A DNA stretch of 64,000 nucleotides, from assembly GCA_013265495.1 (NCBI GenBank), contig MU058337.1, positions 6,368,716 to 6,432,715 of the forward strand. Direction: 5' to 3'. This document shows, piece by piece, positions 51,577 to 64,000 of the stretch. The first letter of the stretch is position 1, and each line of letters starts with the position of its first letter. The notes beneath the pieces were generated by a model, which did not search any database, was not told the origin of the DNA, and saw nothing but the letters and a program-made list of their open reading frames with translations. The stretch comes from Vicugna vicugna. Taxonomy: Eukaryota. A program made the position numbers and the translations under genes.

Positions 51577-54500
51577 GTTTAGAATACTTCTCAAAGGGTT
51601 TAGCCATAGACAAACTCATTTACCCTGGAGACGAAGTTTCACAGATGCAGGACCCAAGTTACAGAGTAGTACCCAGCTTTGAATCGCAGGCCGGTGCACC
51701 CACCAGTCCTGGTTCTTAGTGAGTGACATCACCAAGTAGGAAGCTTCCAGGGCTCCTGGCTCCCTTCCTATGGGATTCTTTTTCATTCTCTCTCTCTTTT
51801 TTTTTTTTTAATATCACTTGTTAATTTGGGAAGCTTGAAGTCACTGCCACATCTACTGGTTTGTGCTGAAGTAATGAAAAGTCAGTTTGGTGTAAATCAC
51901 AAAAGGCAACAGTATATTCTCCTCTACTTGCGGCATTTAAAAAAAACCCCTCAATTTGGCTTATTCCTCTTATCGTGACACCAATAAATTTCTTTTAACA
52001 GCTCAGTTTTGTGTTTCTAAGTATATCTGGCATTTCATCCTCCTTTTAAATACAAAACCCAGAAAGTCAGTCTCCTACGGGCTCCCTGCTCTTTTTGCGA
52101 CCACAGAGTAGGGGTGGGGGAGGGGAGGGAGGGAGGAGGGAGGAAATTGGCTCCCAAAAGTCCAGACAGTATTTGACTAAAAAAAGGCAGAGCAGGGTGG
52201 AACAAACGAACCAGAAATCCACAGAGGAGGTTATTTTTCTTTTAAAAGATAAAAAGATTGTAGGTTTTTATGCTTACTCCGATGGAATAAGAAAATATTT
52301 TAACCTCTTTGTCTCATTCAGTGTGGGTCTGAACAAAATAAAAGTCAGGCACATTCAAATATTCCTCATCGTTTTCTTCTTTCCTTTAAGATGATGAGAC
52401 AACACCGGGTGAGAGATTCGGGATTACACTCTACTCAGGAACAATCATGAGGAAGAAAAGTCAAAAGCATACCAAAAGCTCGAAGGGAGACGGAACTGGT
52501 ACAGCTTTTCCCCACCTTTCTGGGGGACAGACATCCTAGGTGCAACGGCCTCGCCATTGAGAGTTAAATTCCAGTTGTAGCATCTAGCCAGATACACTGA
52601 TTCCAGCTGTTCAGAATGAGCAGGGAAGTGCACACAGCTGTCTTATAAAAGTGTCCAAAGGAGCATGAGCTGTTTCTTTTGAGGAGAGGAACCGTATTTT
52701 CCAAATTAGTCCAACTTGCAGTTGATGGGCTGAACACCCATTTATCTACATCTGTAAGGAACGAGGGCTCCTGATGACTAATAATGCCTTCAGGAAGTAG
52801 TTAAACACCACCATGCTGTACACTGGTTGTGCACAAGATAAAAAGCAAGGGAAATAGGCAAATGAGGAGAAGGAGGAAGTTAAGGCAGTAATTTTGATCA
52901 TAAAGTAGAAAGGGTTTCAAGCGTTCAAATTACAGCAGGGTTCATTCAGTTCAGCTTGAGCAGCCCTCCTTGTCTACACGAACAAGTCTGTTAATTTTCC
53001 TGATAGAGTCAACTCCCCAGTGATGAAAATTTCTTAAGATTTTCTCCTCTCTAACCATCCCTACTGCACAGGACATCACTGGGACTCTAAGATCTAAAAA
53101 ATCAATCTAAATTACTGGTCACAATGATAAGGCAGAACAGGAGGTAATATTTGAGAGGGGGAAATAGAGAAGAAGAACTGATTTTATGAACTATGATTTT
53201 AGGAAGCACTCTTTTTGCTGACCCCGGCTCTATGTATGCCTGGCACATAACAGATGCTAATTAAATATAAAATAGTGATAATAATTATTTGTAAAGAATT
53301 TTTAAAAATTAGAAGAGCAAGTAGAATTACACTGCTTACTAACCAGTGTCCTCTGTTAATCATGAAAATGAACACAGCGACACAATCAGGAAATTTCTCA
53401 GGAAGCCAACATATTTTTAAGTATCTTTGAGTGAAGTATAAAGTTGTCCTGCAGAAACTGAAAGGCAATAAATGCCTCTTTTACTACATACTGTGTTTTC
53501 ATGTTTTAGCTCTATTTTTAAGCTCTCAAGATATTTACAGCACCTAGTTTATGGTCATGCTCTCAGAGATCAAGAACTGGGGTACAGGTTTTATTTAAAA
53601 GTCACTTAAAATAGCAAAATTACAAAACAGTGACTCATTATCATAGTCCTCCTTTGGATACAGCTCAAGATACAGAGGAAACTGATTTCTCTCTGAAAAG
53701 CAAAGAAAGAAAAAAACCTCTTTAAAACGCTGCCATACAATACTGAAATCCTTAAAACATTTTGTCTGAAAGATTCAAGAGTCTTTACATAATACACTAC
53801 ATCCAAAAAAGAGGAAAAAGAAAAAGAAAAAGAAATACCCAAAAATATACCCTCAACAAAAACAAGGCCCCAGCAGAATATACTGCAAAAATCCAAAGCT
53901 GCCCATACTATTCATGCAAGTATACCGACACTTCCGGTGTTTGATGATGTCATCCCCTTAAGCCTCCAATGGAGAAGCAAGTAAGTGACAGTTCTACTGA
54001 AGTCTGAAGTACAGGTCCTGAAATGCTCCAGCAATGTGAAGCCATTTTGGTGTGGAGTTTGTTATTCAGTTTACTTCTTAGCTAGAAAACAAAGAAGTCC
54101 AAAGTGACAGCACAGGCCTTCTTTTTACCAGGAGATTTCTAGGTTCCCCTCCCCTCATCATGCAGCATTGCCACTGTCCATGGTTTCCCACACTCTCTAC
54201 ATTAGACCCGTCCATCAGAACTCTTCTGCTAATGTCCCCCCACCCCCCAACCTCTGCCTTCCCACACTTCTGAAACCAGTGCGTGGCCTTCTCCATGGTC
54301 CACCACATTGCAAATTGCAATGTTTCTGTTCTTTCGGTGGAATCATCAGTGATTTGATGCTTTGAGGCATGCTTCATTTTTTTAAAGCATGCCAGACAGT
54401 CATGTATTCCGCTGCTAGGCTTTTTATTTAAGTCATGAAATTAAAATCATTTTAGCTTATAAGTAAGGTTTGCTAGCCTTATTCTGACTATACCAACCCT

Positions 54501-57500
54501 TATAACTTTTCTGTCCAGGTTTATGTCTCCTTACAGAGTGCGACCTACCTATACTGCTGAAGTACAATGTCAAAACCCTCAACGCCTCTCCCTTGAAGCC
54601 CTCCTAAGGAAGTGCTTTCTGGGGCCCCGGGGAGCTGTCTCTCACAGGCTGGTCCTGTGCTGCCTCCCCCTCAGCCATGTTCCCAGGGTCCTGCTCACTG
54701 TGGCATCTGCCCTTGGCATCCCTGAAGAATTGTCTTGGCCTGCTCTGTTGCTCCCTGGACCTCTGGGGCCCTTGTGTGGCCAGCCTCCTGTCCCTGAGTC
54801 TCACCCTGTCTCCACTCGGAGAGGGACCCACCTTGCCCCTCCTCTTGGCCTGTCCTGAGGAAAACAAAGGAGAAGCGCTTCACGTGGCAGTCCTGGGTCC
54901 TCACCAGCTAAGAGGTCAGCAAGGTAGCCAAGCGCTTTGTGTGCAGACCTGGCTGGTGCCAGGGCTGACCCCAGTAAGGCCCATTTTCTGCACCTCCTGC
55001 CTGCCATGCTGCCCATGCCCTCGCAGACCCTGGTGGTGATCGGTTCCACCACCATTTGCTAATCCAACTTTAAAAGGCGAACCCAGGTGTCGAATGGAAT
55101 CCATTAAGGCAGGAACGTAAGGCCTCGGCTGCCCAACCGAGAGGCTGGTTTCCTGCGCACCTGCAGGTGCACCTCTAGACCCATGGGTCCAGGGACAAGC
55201 CTTTGGAAAGATGGGGCCCAAAAGCACCTGTCACCCTCGGGCCGGTGGCTGACCTGGTAATGGTACTGATGGGGGGGGGTGGCCCTGGGGAGTCAGAACA
55301 GTCACACATGCGGAATACTCAAGTACCAGCGGAAAGTGGCCCAGGATGTGGTGCTCCTCTTTCTCAACTTTATCCACAGGGGAAAATCATGCTTCGCTAA
55401 TTGACAGAGAGAAAAAGAATCTTCCAATGACTCTTGAGGGTCTCACCAACGAGCCAGCGGGCACTCATACTTCCTCTGGTCCCTTCTGGGGACAGAAGGA
55501 GTGATGGTGCATCTTCTGTGCCTCTCTTTCCTCCCCTCCCATTTATGTACTCTTCCAAAGCCCGTCACACTCTGAAAATATTCAGCCCCGAACAGACCTA
55601 GGTGTCCAAAAGTACACATCTTACCAGATGAAACGATGCCTCAGAGAGACACTGAAGGCAAGCATTACCACACTGCTGCCTGTGTCTGTTCCTTAAGCAT
55701 CAAGTAGAGGCCCTTTGGGCTAAGGTCATATAAACATTATCTCCATGTAAACAGCTGAGTACACTTGCTGGTCACCAACAGTGTGTAAGGCACACTACAG
55801 CACGCAGAAACACCCTCCCCTGTTTAGGGCACACACGTTTAAAAGACAAAACAAATCAGTCTGAATCATTCTTTCCAGTGCTACTTGTTTCGAGCTTATG
55901 ATGAGAGAGAACCTTTAATGCTGCCCTTCATCCTGATCTACAGGAGGAAGACAACTGGATGGTCCTGCCATTATGCTTTCTGCAGCTCTCAAACAGCAAG
56001 CCCTAGAACTGCCAGAACATAATTATGCAGGAAGTTCTCCGCGTTCCAAAGCAGAAGCAACAACTGCCTTGGATGTTTCAGAAAACTTGTTTTAAGTATT
56101 AAGAGGGACTGAATTGATACTGAATGGATTTTGAGGACTACTCACCAAACACAGTAAAAAGCAGTGTAATGGGCTCTGTAATATTAATTCTAACATCCTC
56201 TGTAAATAAAGACCAAAAAGTACCATTTTCTGTGAGATCTATTCTAAGGGGAAAGGACAACTTTCTTCAGCTAGCACTTTGTACAGCTGGCTGTGGGAGA
56301 GGGAACTAGGGGTTTTTAAAGCCCAGATCGCTTCTTACTTGCCTATGTTTCAAAGGAAACAGTTCACCTGCTAAGAGTAGGTGGCTTCCTCCTGCTACTT
56401 TCTGGATCCTAGATCTGACCTCAGGGGGATTTGGAGGAGACTGAAATGTGCTTCTGTTCATTCTTTCTTCCACTTGGTTTCAGAAGACAAGGTGCCCAGA
56501 TGACCACAATCCTCCAATTTTATGAGAAGACCTTCTACCCTGCCTGCCCCCTATTTTTATCTGAAAAAGAACCTGCAGCTCTGGAAAAAACTTGAGCAGG
56601 TTTGGCAGGTGGTGGCAGGCTTGATTTTGTTGAGGAAATTAAGGATGTGGCCTCTTTCTTTTCAGCAATCATCACACTGCTTTTGTGAAAAAAAGCAACA
56701 TTTGGAAGATTTCCGCTGTAGGGAAATATTTAAAATATCTGCAATTACTCTTCAAATAAGTAAATGAGGCAGGTATTCTCTGGGTCTAAAAAGTCTTTGA
56801 GGTATTTTCCACAAGAATGAGATTCTAAATATACATCCCTGCTCCCTTTTTGGTGGCACAGAGAGGTAATGACCAGATAATTTCCCTGCCCCTGAGTGTG
56901 CATGGTGGGACTTAGAATGTAAACGCTTGAGGCCCTGTGGGTACCTATTTCTTAGGAATAAGGGAGTGGGACTCCCAGGGGATTCCATGCTGGACAAACC
57001 AGGTGCTGGCCGCTTTACTACATTCAGAGAACTTAATTCACACACCAGTCCCCGAGCTCTTCCCTTTAAGGTGAGGAAAAGTAAGTGACGGCCTGTGTCC
57101 TTTCCATGACACCATTCTGCCTCCAGGGCTCTCTCCAGTTTCAAATCTGGAAAAATCTATCAATCAAGCAATGTCAGTTAGCACTCCAAGAACTATGGTC
57201 AGGCCTAAGTATTCTGTTCATAAACGTGTTTCAAAAGAACACACTCACTCTCACAGAGACTGAAAGCTGATTATCAAAAGCTAGGATACTTAGGGGTTTC
57301 CAATATTTATAATAATCACTGTAAATATAAATTAAAACCCAATTAATTTTAATAATGGTGATACAACACTATGAGCCTGGCATAAAGTAGGAGTTTCATA
57401 AATATTATCTGATGGGTGAACGGGCTTGTCTTTGGATTCTTAATCTGGGAACAGTACCAAAAAAGAATCAACGAGAAGTCTGACATCTTATTCATTTTAA

Positions 57501-60205
57501 AGTAACAATTTTTAAAACTCCTATGATTGGCTATTAAACTCATAGCAGGATAGCAGTAATTATCATGAAACATACTTTAGAATTCGTTCTGAAATCTTGC
57601 CTTACTTACATAAACATATCTCATATATAAATTCAATAAGATAAACCCGACTACCCCTCTTTCAAATGAAAAACAAAAAACAAGTGCTTCAACTGGAAAA
57701 GAAGCAATTCTAACTACCCATACCCAAAACTATCTTAAGTCAGGACTATGAACCTGTTGCCTTCATGCGCATGTGCAGTGGCTGAATTAACAGGACAGAG
57801 AGCAGCAGTCTTAAGAACCACCCAGTGTATCTAGTAAGTAAACCACAAAGGAGAGGGGATTCACACAATCACAACAATGTTCTCCTGGGAGCCGTTCCGG
57901 TCCATCAGAACTCAAATCTAACTTTTCAATGGCACTTAAATGCATGGACACCTAGTGGACTTTGCATTTGTAATAAAGTAAATTGTACGCCTTTCCAAAA
58001 ATAGCAAATAAAATACAATAAATTTGTGATTAAGTTTTTAAGAAGTGCTTTGAGTATATCCTAACCTGTTTCTAGATCACAACAGCCAGGAGAGTTAGTA
58101 TTTGCCACTGGGTTTCTACAGCATAGTACTAAAACGTCCCTTCGTATCTCTGACAGCATCTCAACAAAGTTGGTAAATAAAAGACAGCAGAAGACAGTAG
58201 AATGCAGTTTCCTACCTGATCCTGACCAGCACTGATTAGCCCAGTGCTAATCTTCAACTCTCCCACAGCAGCCTCAGTGAAAGCACGCATTGGTAGCCCT
58301 CACTTGTCCCTTTCTTGCTTTTGTTTCCTTTAAGAGCTATCCCTGAAACTTCCCCAAGCTGTGAGTTTCGGAGTAAGAGGCAGATCCAGCACCTTTAAAA
58401 ACGCTCACCATGGTAAATCACCATCGTACTTACGGTTAGTTCCTTTCTTCTTTTACACCAAGATTTCTCTCTGCCACCGACCTGAGAACAGGCTCTCCCC
58501 TGAGCCAAGATCCCAGATACTGGTCATGTTTAAAGACCGGCCCTGCTCGTCAAAGATTAGAGAGCTGTCTGCAGCATGCGCTGCTCTTCACCATAACCAA
58601 GCAGGCCCGATAAACGCTAATACTCAGCATGACGCATCAAGAACTTTAAGCCTCAGCAATGGCTAAGTAGAAAGTATCACAAATTTACTGAAATTATCTG
58701 TGGCACAAAAGAAAAGAGAAGGAATTAATCAAAGTCTCTCTCTTAATGCAATGCTTGATTGAACCACCCCAATCCCTTTTTAAATAGGATACTGGTGGCA
58801 AGTGACCCTGATGGCAGGCCCTAGTGAGATACACAAGGAACATTTGTTCCATTTTTTTCTTTTATGACCTCATTAAGGAGGATTTTGAAGATTGTTCCTG
58901 AATATGAGAACAAAGTGTCTTAAGATCTCTAGCTTTTTATGTCTTTAGCCTTTTACTGCTGGGATGGCCTTTGGGTCTGTGTTTACCACTCGGTACACTC
59001 ACGCTCACACTCGTCTCTCCTCCAAAACAAGAATCAAGCAAGGTGACCTGGATGAAAACAGTCAGAGCTCCACACCTCTAGATGCAGAGATGTGCTAGTT
59101 TCATACACCAGAAAGTTTTGCCAAGACCAACTTGAGATCCACTCCTTTTTCATCTTCTCTGAGTTGTAGCTGCCATTAATTAGCTCTGGCGGCTGTTTCG
59201 AGGCTCTTATCAAGGGAGGGTGCAGGCTGCCAAATCTGCTAGTGTGAAAACAGTCCACCGCCAGCAACATTTTTCTGAGTGTTTGTTGACTCCATGCTTC
59301 GATTTAATATGGAAGATTACATTTTATGATCAGAAACAAACGCACAGATTTATAACCGAAGACTAGAAAGGCAAATAAGGAAAAAGCCAGCCAAGGTCTG
59401 AGCCTAAATGCTGTATTTTTATTGACTTCTTAGAAACCAAATAACCTGGCATATTAGTGTGTGCATTCTGCAACAGACATTCAGCCCCATTGTACTACTT
59501 AGAAGAGAATAAAAAGAAACCCTACTGCTTGAAACCCAGCGGAACATCCCCACAACAGGGCACAACTGCTCCCTCATGCGTGAATGGGAAGGAGATGAAA
59601 GAAAAGATGGACTTCTGAGGTACAGCAAAAAACAAAGACAACAAAAGTGCTGATCATGAGGGAATGACACAACTCACTGCAGCAAAAAGGATGAGAGAAA
59701 GGAACGCAGACAATGGTGAGGACAGCTAAGTGACACGTAGGAGAATTGAAAAATCTACAGAAGTGTCTTTTCTCTCCACCCTTGATGAAAAACAATTAAA
59801 TGCTGGTACATCTGTCATAAAAAAGATTATTGAAACCTGTTACCATCGTTATGTATGGTAAACTCAACTGCCCAAACTGTAACTCTCCAATGAAACGTCA
59901 CCAGCTGAGTTTCTCGGTCTTGCTAAGTAAAAAGTTTTAATTATCTATGATACTTTACAACATCTGAACATGTTGTAACAAATTATAAAGGCTGAGAAGT
60001 ACTGAAAATGTGTGTGCACACATGCATGGGGACATAGACACAAAGGTTTAAAACACTCTCTGTAAAAGATGGGCTTCAAGAAATTTGTACATAAACTCAG
60101 CTTTTGTTTATAAAATATTTTCCTCTTGACTCACATTACAATTATAGAGATATTTGCTCTAGATTTTGGATTGGTTTTCCTCTAATAGCAGCTTCAAACG
60201 TTTTG

Positions 60206-60238
60206 CACTTGATCTCAGCCAAAAGGCCAAGAAGCGAT
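60206..60238 (-). pseudogene. U2 snRNA 3'-truncated retrocopy (nt 1-33)
   Basis: Reverse complement ATCGCTTCTTGGCCTTTTGGCTGAGATCAAGTG versus U2 5' end ATCGCTTCTCGGCCTTTTGGCTAAGATCAAGTG (2 mismatches). Flanked by a 19-bp imperfect direct repeat. Confidence 0.93.
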
Positions 60239-61181
60239 TGTAGCTTCAAATATTTTGCCTTTAAGTTTCTTTGCTCTTAAACCCCACTGCCAAGAAGATA
60301 TTGTTTGTAAACACTTAATATGAAGGAAGGAAGCTCATGATTTAATGCTACTTTTAGGTAAATGCAGTCATTTGTATGTGAAGGGAATAATTACCTTTTG
60401 ATGTTTCTGTTTTTCTTAAACAGAGGCACACCTGTCCACACTTCACTAACGTTGAGCCCTGCTAATGAAGTGTTCAGCCAGAAAATCCCATCGACCAAAT
60501 ATATTAAAAAACCACCATATGAAATCCCCACGAGATGTTTATTGCTCCGGAAGTCCACCAGCCTGGGAAAGTCACACTGTTTTAAAGTGAGCTCCTGAGT
60601 GTCATTCCTTGCTTGATAACGTGCAGCCCCTCACAAAACCCAAAAAGCAGTTATTGACCCTGTCAGAATGCCTGATTAATGGATAAACGCTGTAATTGAT
60701 TAGCAGAGAAGTGTGAATTAAAACAGGGCATGGCATCAATAACCAGTTTCTAACAAAGGTGGTTGACGTAAAATGTAAAACAAGAGCCCGCGGCTGTATC
60801 TCATCAAAGGCGTGCTTTTCTTAAAACAGGGGAGAGCAGGGGAAATAAACAGGCCTAGTGTCCTGCTCCCTGCTATTCTTTAATCTTTCCTCTTGGTAAG
60901 GATGCTGTGTGGAGCCACCAGCAAATGATATGGGAAACTCACTGTCAGTCCACGTTCGGTCCACCTTCCGAGAGCAAGCAGTATGAGGCAGCTAAAGTGT
61001 TCCCACTGTTCTAAGACTTAAAGAAAAAGCATGTAATAAGTCTTATTCTCCATTCATTTTGTTCACTGGGAACTCACTAATGTCCTCATAGAAAAATAAA
61101 TTCTGCTTGCTCCAGTGCCCCTGGAGAGATAGGCAGCATTACTCATTAGAATATTGCTTCCATTTGATTCTGGAGATGAAA

Positions 61182-61272
61182 AATTCATTCATTCAGTCAT
61201 TCAGTCAGTCAACCAGCACCTGACAGACCAGTTACTCTTCTGAGCTGGGGAGTACCAAGATGAATAAGGTTT
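61182..61272 (-). mobile_element. L2 3' tail
   Basis: (TTCA)n/(GTCA)n tail followed by gagctggggagtaccaagatgaataag. Confidence 0.55.
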
Positions 61273-62425
61273 ATGGCAAGCTGAATGGATGCAGAGCCAA
61301 CTCCTTAACACACAGAAATATCGGATAATACAAAGCAAAAGTTAAAAAAATTTAAAAAAAAACTAAGGTTTAACATATAGCTGAGCTTAGGGGAAAAATG
61401 AAAAAGGAAGTCTTCAAGTGCTGAAACAAAGCAGGCACTCGAGGGCTGGGGCTCCTCGAGCTGGTGCTGTGTCCGCAGAGGGGTATCAGTCCTGGAACAA
61501 GGACCAGGGGCTGGAATGTCAACACTCATTTAGGACCGAAGACACCAACTTGGGTTTATGCAAGGTGAGGGAACTGGACAAAACTGGACCCCTTAAAAAG
61601 CTATCTGACACATGACTAGGGACCTAGAAGAACTATGCCCACAAAGAAACAGCAAGACAGCCTGAGGTCTGGTGTGGGCTCTGTGAAAATAAAGCCTTTT
61701 GTGTGAGTCATCAAAACCATGAGCCTGTGCTCAGGGCAAGTGTAGGCATTAAGCTTATACCACCTGGATAGGCTGGAAGTCATAGAAAAATTAAAATTAA
61801 AACCTTAAGTTTAAGACCCTAAAACAATGGAGTTCTGGTTTTCAGAAAAAAAAAATGCAAAGTTGTGTTGCAAAAATACATCCACAATCTAGGGCACACA
61901 GATTCCCAGGGCAAAAACAATATCTGCTGAAGATCAGCTCACAATAAAGAACCCCAACCATGTGAGGAAATAAACCACCAGGCAAGAGGGTCACCAAGAA
62001 CAACATAGGGGTGAGTGGGTACCTGGGAACTAAAAATAAGTGAAAATCTTAGAAGGAATATGAAATACATAAGTTTGAAGTTATTAAAGTGATATAGTAA
62101 GAAATAGTAACTATTGAAAGAACAGAATAGTATTAAAAATAAAAATTAATTTGAAAGAATCAATAGCATTTTTAAAAGAAAAAAATAGTCATGAAATTAA
62201 TAAGTAAAACAGTAGATTAGACATTTCTGATAAAAGAATCAGGGAACTATAAGATGGATAAAAGGAAACCACACAGAACATGGCACAGAGAGGTAAGTGA
62301 TGGAAATCAAGAAGACAGGAAACAAGATGAGCAGGAGGAGACAATACAATAAATGGGTCTTAAGAGAGAATGGAAAGAATGAGGATTCACAACTGAGTAG
62401 TTTTCAGAACTGAAAGAAATATTTA

Positions 62426-63062
62426 ATAATCCAGCAATCCCACTCTTGGGCATACATCTGAAGAAAACTCTAATTTGAAAAGATATATGCTCCCCAATGT
62501 TCACAGCAGCACTATTTACAATAGCTAAGACATGGACACAATCTAAGTGTCCATCAACAGATGACTGGATAAAGACATTGTGGTATATACAATAGAATAC
62601 TACTCAGCCATAAAAAAGAATGAAATAATGACATTTGCAGCAACATGGTTGCACTCAGAGATTATCATACTAAGTGAAGTAAGTCAGACAAAGACAAATA
62701 TCATATGATATCACTCTTATGTGGAATCTTAAAAAAATGACACAAATGAACTTACAAAACGGAGACTCACAGATGTAAAAAACAAATTTACGGTTATCAA
62801 AGGGGGAAGTGCCAGGGAGGGATAAACTAGGAGTTTGGGATTAGCAGATACAAACTAATATACAAAACAGACAAACAACAAGGTCCTACTGTATAGCACA
62901 GGGAACTATATTCAATAGCTTATAGTAACCTACAATGAAAAAATTTTAATATATTTATATTACATGAATGAATATAAATATATAAGTATAACCAAATCAC
63001 TATGCTATACACCAAAAACTAACACATTATAAATCAACTACATGGCAATAAAAATAAAACAA
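62426..63062 (+). mobile_element. Artiodactyl-type L1 3' end (end of ORF2 plus 3' UTR)
   Basis: aatccagcaatcccactcttgggcata...ggagtttgggattagcagatacaaact...aaggtcctactgtatagcacagggaac...aaatcaactac plus A tail; similar to the 36935-37208 copy. Confidence 0.9.
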
Positions 63063-63382
63063 AATGAATATTAAAAACAACTTAAGTTCTCAGATGGAAG
63101 CACAGTCATGAGCTAGGTAAATAAATAGAAAAGACTGATTAGTCGTAAAGAAAGAACAATTCTGCTGCACACTATAATGTTCCTAGGCAGCAAAATAAAC
63201 CCAAAAAGAATGGAGCAATATTTTCCAAGTATTGGAAGAAAATAACTTTTAGTCTCGAATTCAACTAAGTTATCATTCAAGATGGGGCAAAATAAATATG
63301 TTTTCCAAACAAAAGCTAAAGGAAGTTACTACTCTCATGATCAAAGGTATATTTCATAATAAAAGAAACGAAATCCATGGTC

Positions 63383-63506
63383 GGGGAGGGTATAGTTTAA
63401 GTGGTGGAGCACACGCTTAGCATTTACAAGGTCCTGGGTTCAATCCCCTGTACCTCCTCTAAAAATAAATAAGTAAACCTAACTACCGCCTCCCCCCACA
63501 AAAAGG
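63383..63506 (+). mobile_element. tRNA-derived SINE, Vic-1-like
   Basis: GGGGAGGGTATAGTTTAAGTGGTGGAGCACACGCTTAGC...GGTCCTGGGTTCAATCCCCTGTACCTCC. TSD-like aagaaacgaaatcca (63363-63377) / aagaaactcaatcca (63507-63521). Confidence 0.85.
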
Positions 63507-64000
63507 AAGAAACTCAATCCAAAAGAAGGAGTAGGATCCAAGAAACAATGATGAACAAAGGGGTTTTAACAGGTAAGGAAATCTAAAGGATCATTTTATC
63601 ATAAAATGAATAGCAACAGCAATAATAATGTTTCATTTAAAACAAAGTACTAAAAAAGTCAGCAACAAAAAAAAAGTACGACACTCTGATAACATACCAG
63701 ACAAAGAATATGAAAGACTGGGAGTGGATATCAGGGTTAAAGTATTCCAGAACATTTTGTTCAGAAGGAGAATAGAGCTATTCTATTATCAGTTAACTTT
63801 AGAATTTGTTAAATCAAATATGCATATTAAAATTATAAAAGTAATCACCAAAAGAAAAAAATGTATAACTTCCAAATCAATGTAAGGAAATAAAGCAGAA
63901 GAAATAAATAAAGCTAAGTAAATCCAATAAAAAGCGGAAAAAGAGGAAACAAACAGCATGCATGGTACATAAAAACAGTAAAATAAGGTGGTAAAAATAA

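Larger units (their letters stand above)
32088..64000 (-). other. CLYBL: CLYBL intron 1 (partial)
   Basis: Ends at the AG acceptor (32089-32088). No exon 1 or CpG-island promoter is visible in the window. Confidence 0.8.
61690..64000 (+). mobile_element. Ancient L1 ORF1/inter-ORF region, interrupted by a younger L1 and a SINE
   Basis: agtagattagacatttctgataaaagaatcagggaact...cagaacatggcacagagagg is similar to 26270-26370; continues to the window end. Confidence 0.7.

Noticed and set aside
54523..55400. GC-rich ORF cluster as a possible CLYBL exon 1 or promoter
   Set aside because: No MALRLL-like mitochondrial targeting peptide and no true CpG island.
60206..60238. Functional U2 snRNA gene
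   Set aside because: Only 33 nt; no Sm site or 3' domain, and it is TSD-flanked.
1..64000. Novel multi-gene biological system
   Set aside because: Only one coding exon is supported; no intact transposase, reverse transcriptase, viral or operon-like genes were found.

Overview
Mammalian genomic DNA, very likely a camelid based on three Vic-1-type tRNA-derived SINEs and artiodactyl-type L1 3' ends. The window lies inside the CLYBL gene (citramalyl-CoA lyase / citrate lyase beta-like), which is transcribed on the minus strand. Only one coding exon is present: a 187-nt internal exon at 31901-32087 that matches coding exon 2. Everything to its right is intron 1 and everything to its left is intron 2. 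The rest is an intronic landscape of MIR, L2, L3/CR1, HAL1, L1, MLT1 and MER5/MER58 relics, microsatellites and several repeat-free blocks that look like regulatory elements. The other ORFs in the track appear spurious. I found no evidence for a new multi-gene biological system. The most notable fine-scale structures are an L1 insertion with an apparent 38-bp 3' transduction, a 33-nt U2 snRNA retrocopy with a target-site duplication, a ~40-bp-period array repeating TGATTGAT and GATA motifs, and candidate developmental enhancers. Repeat family names come from recalled consensus features, not from a database search, and repeat boundaries are approximate.
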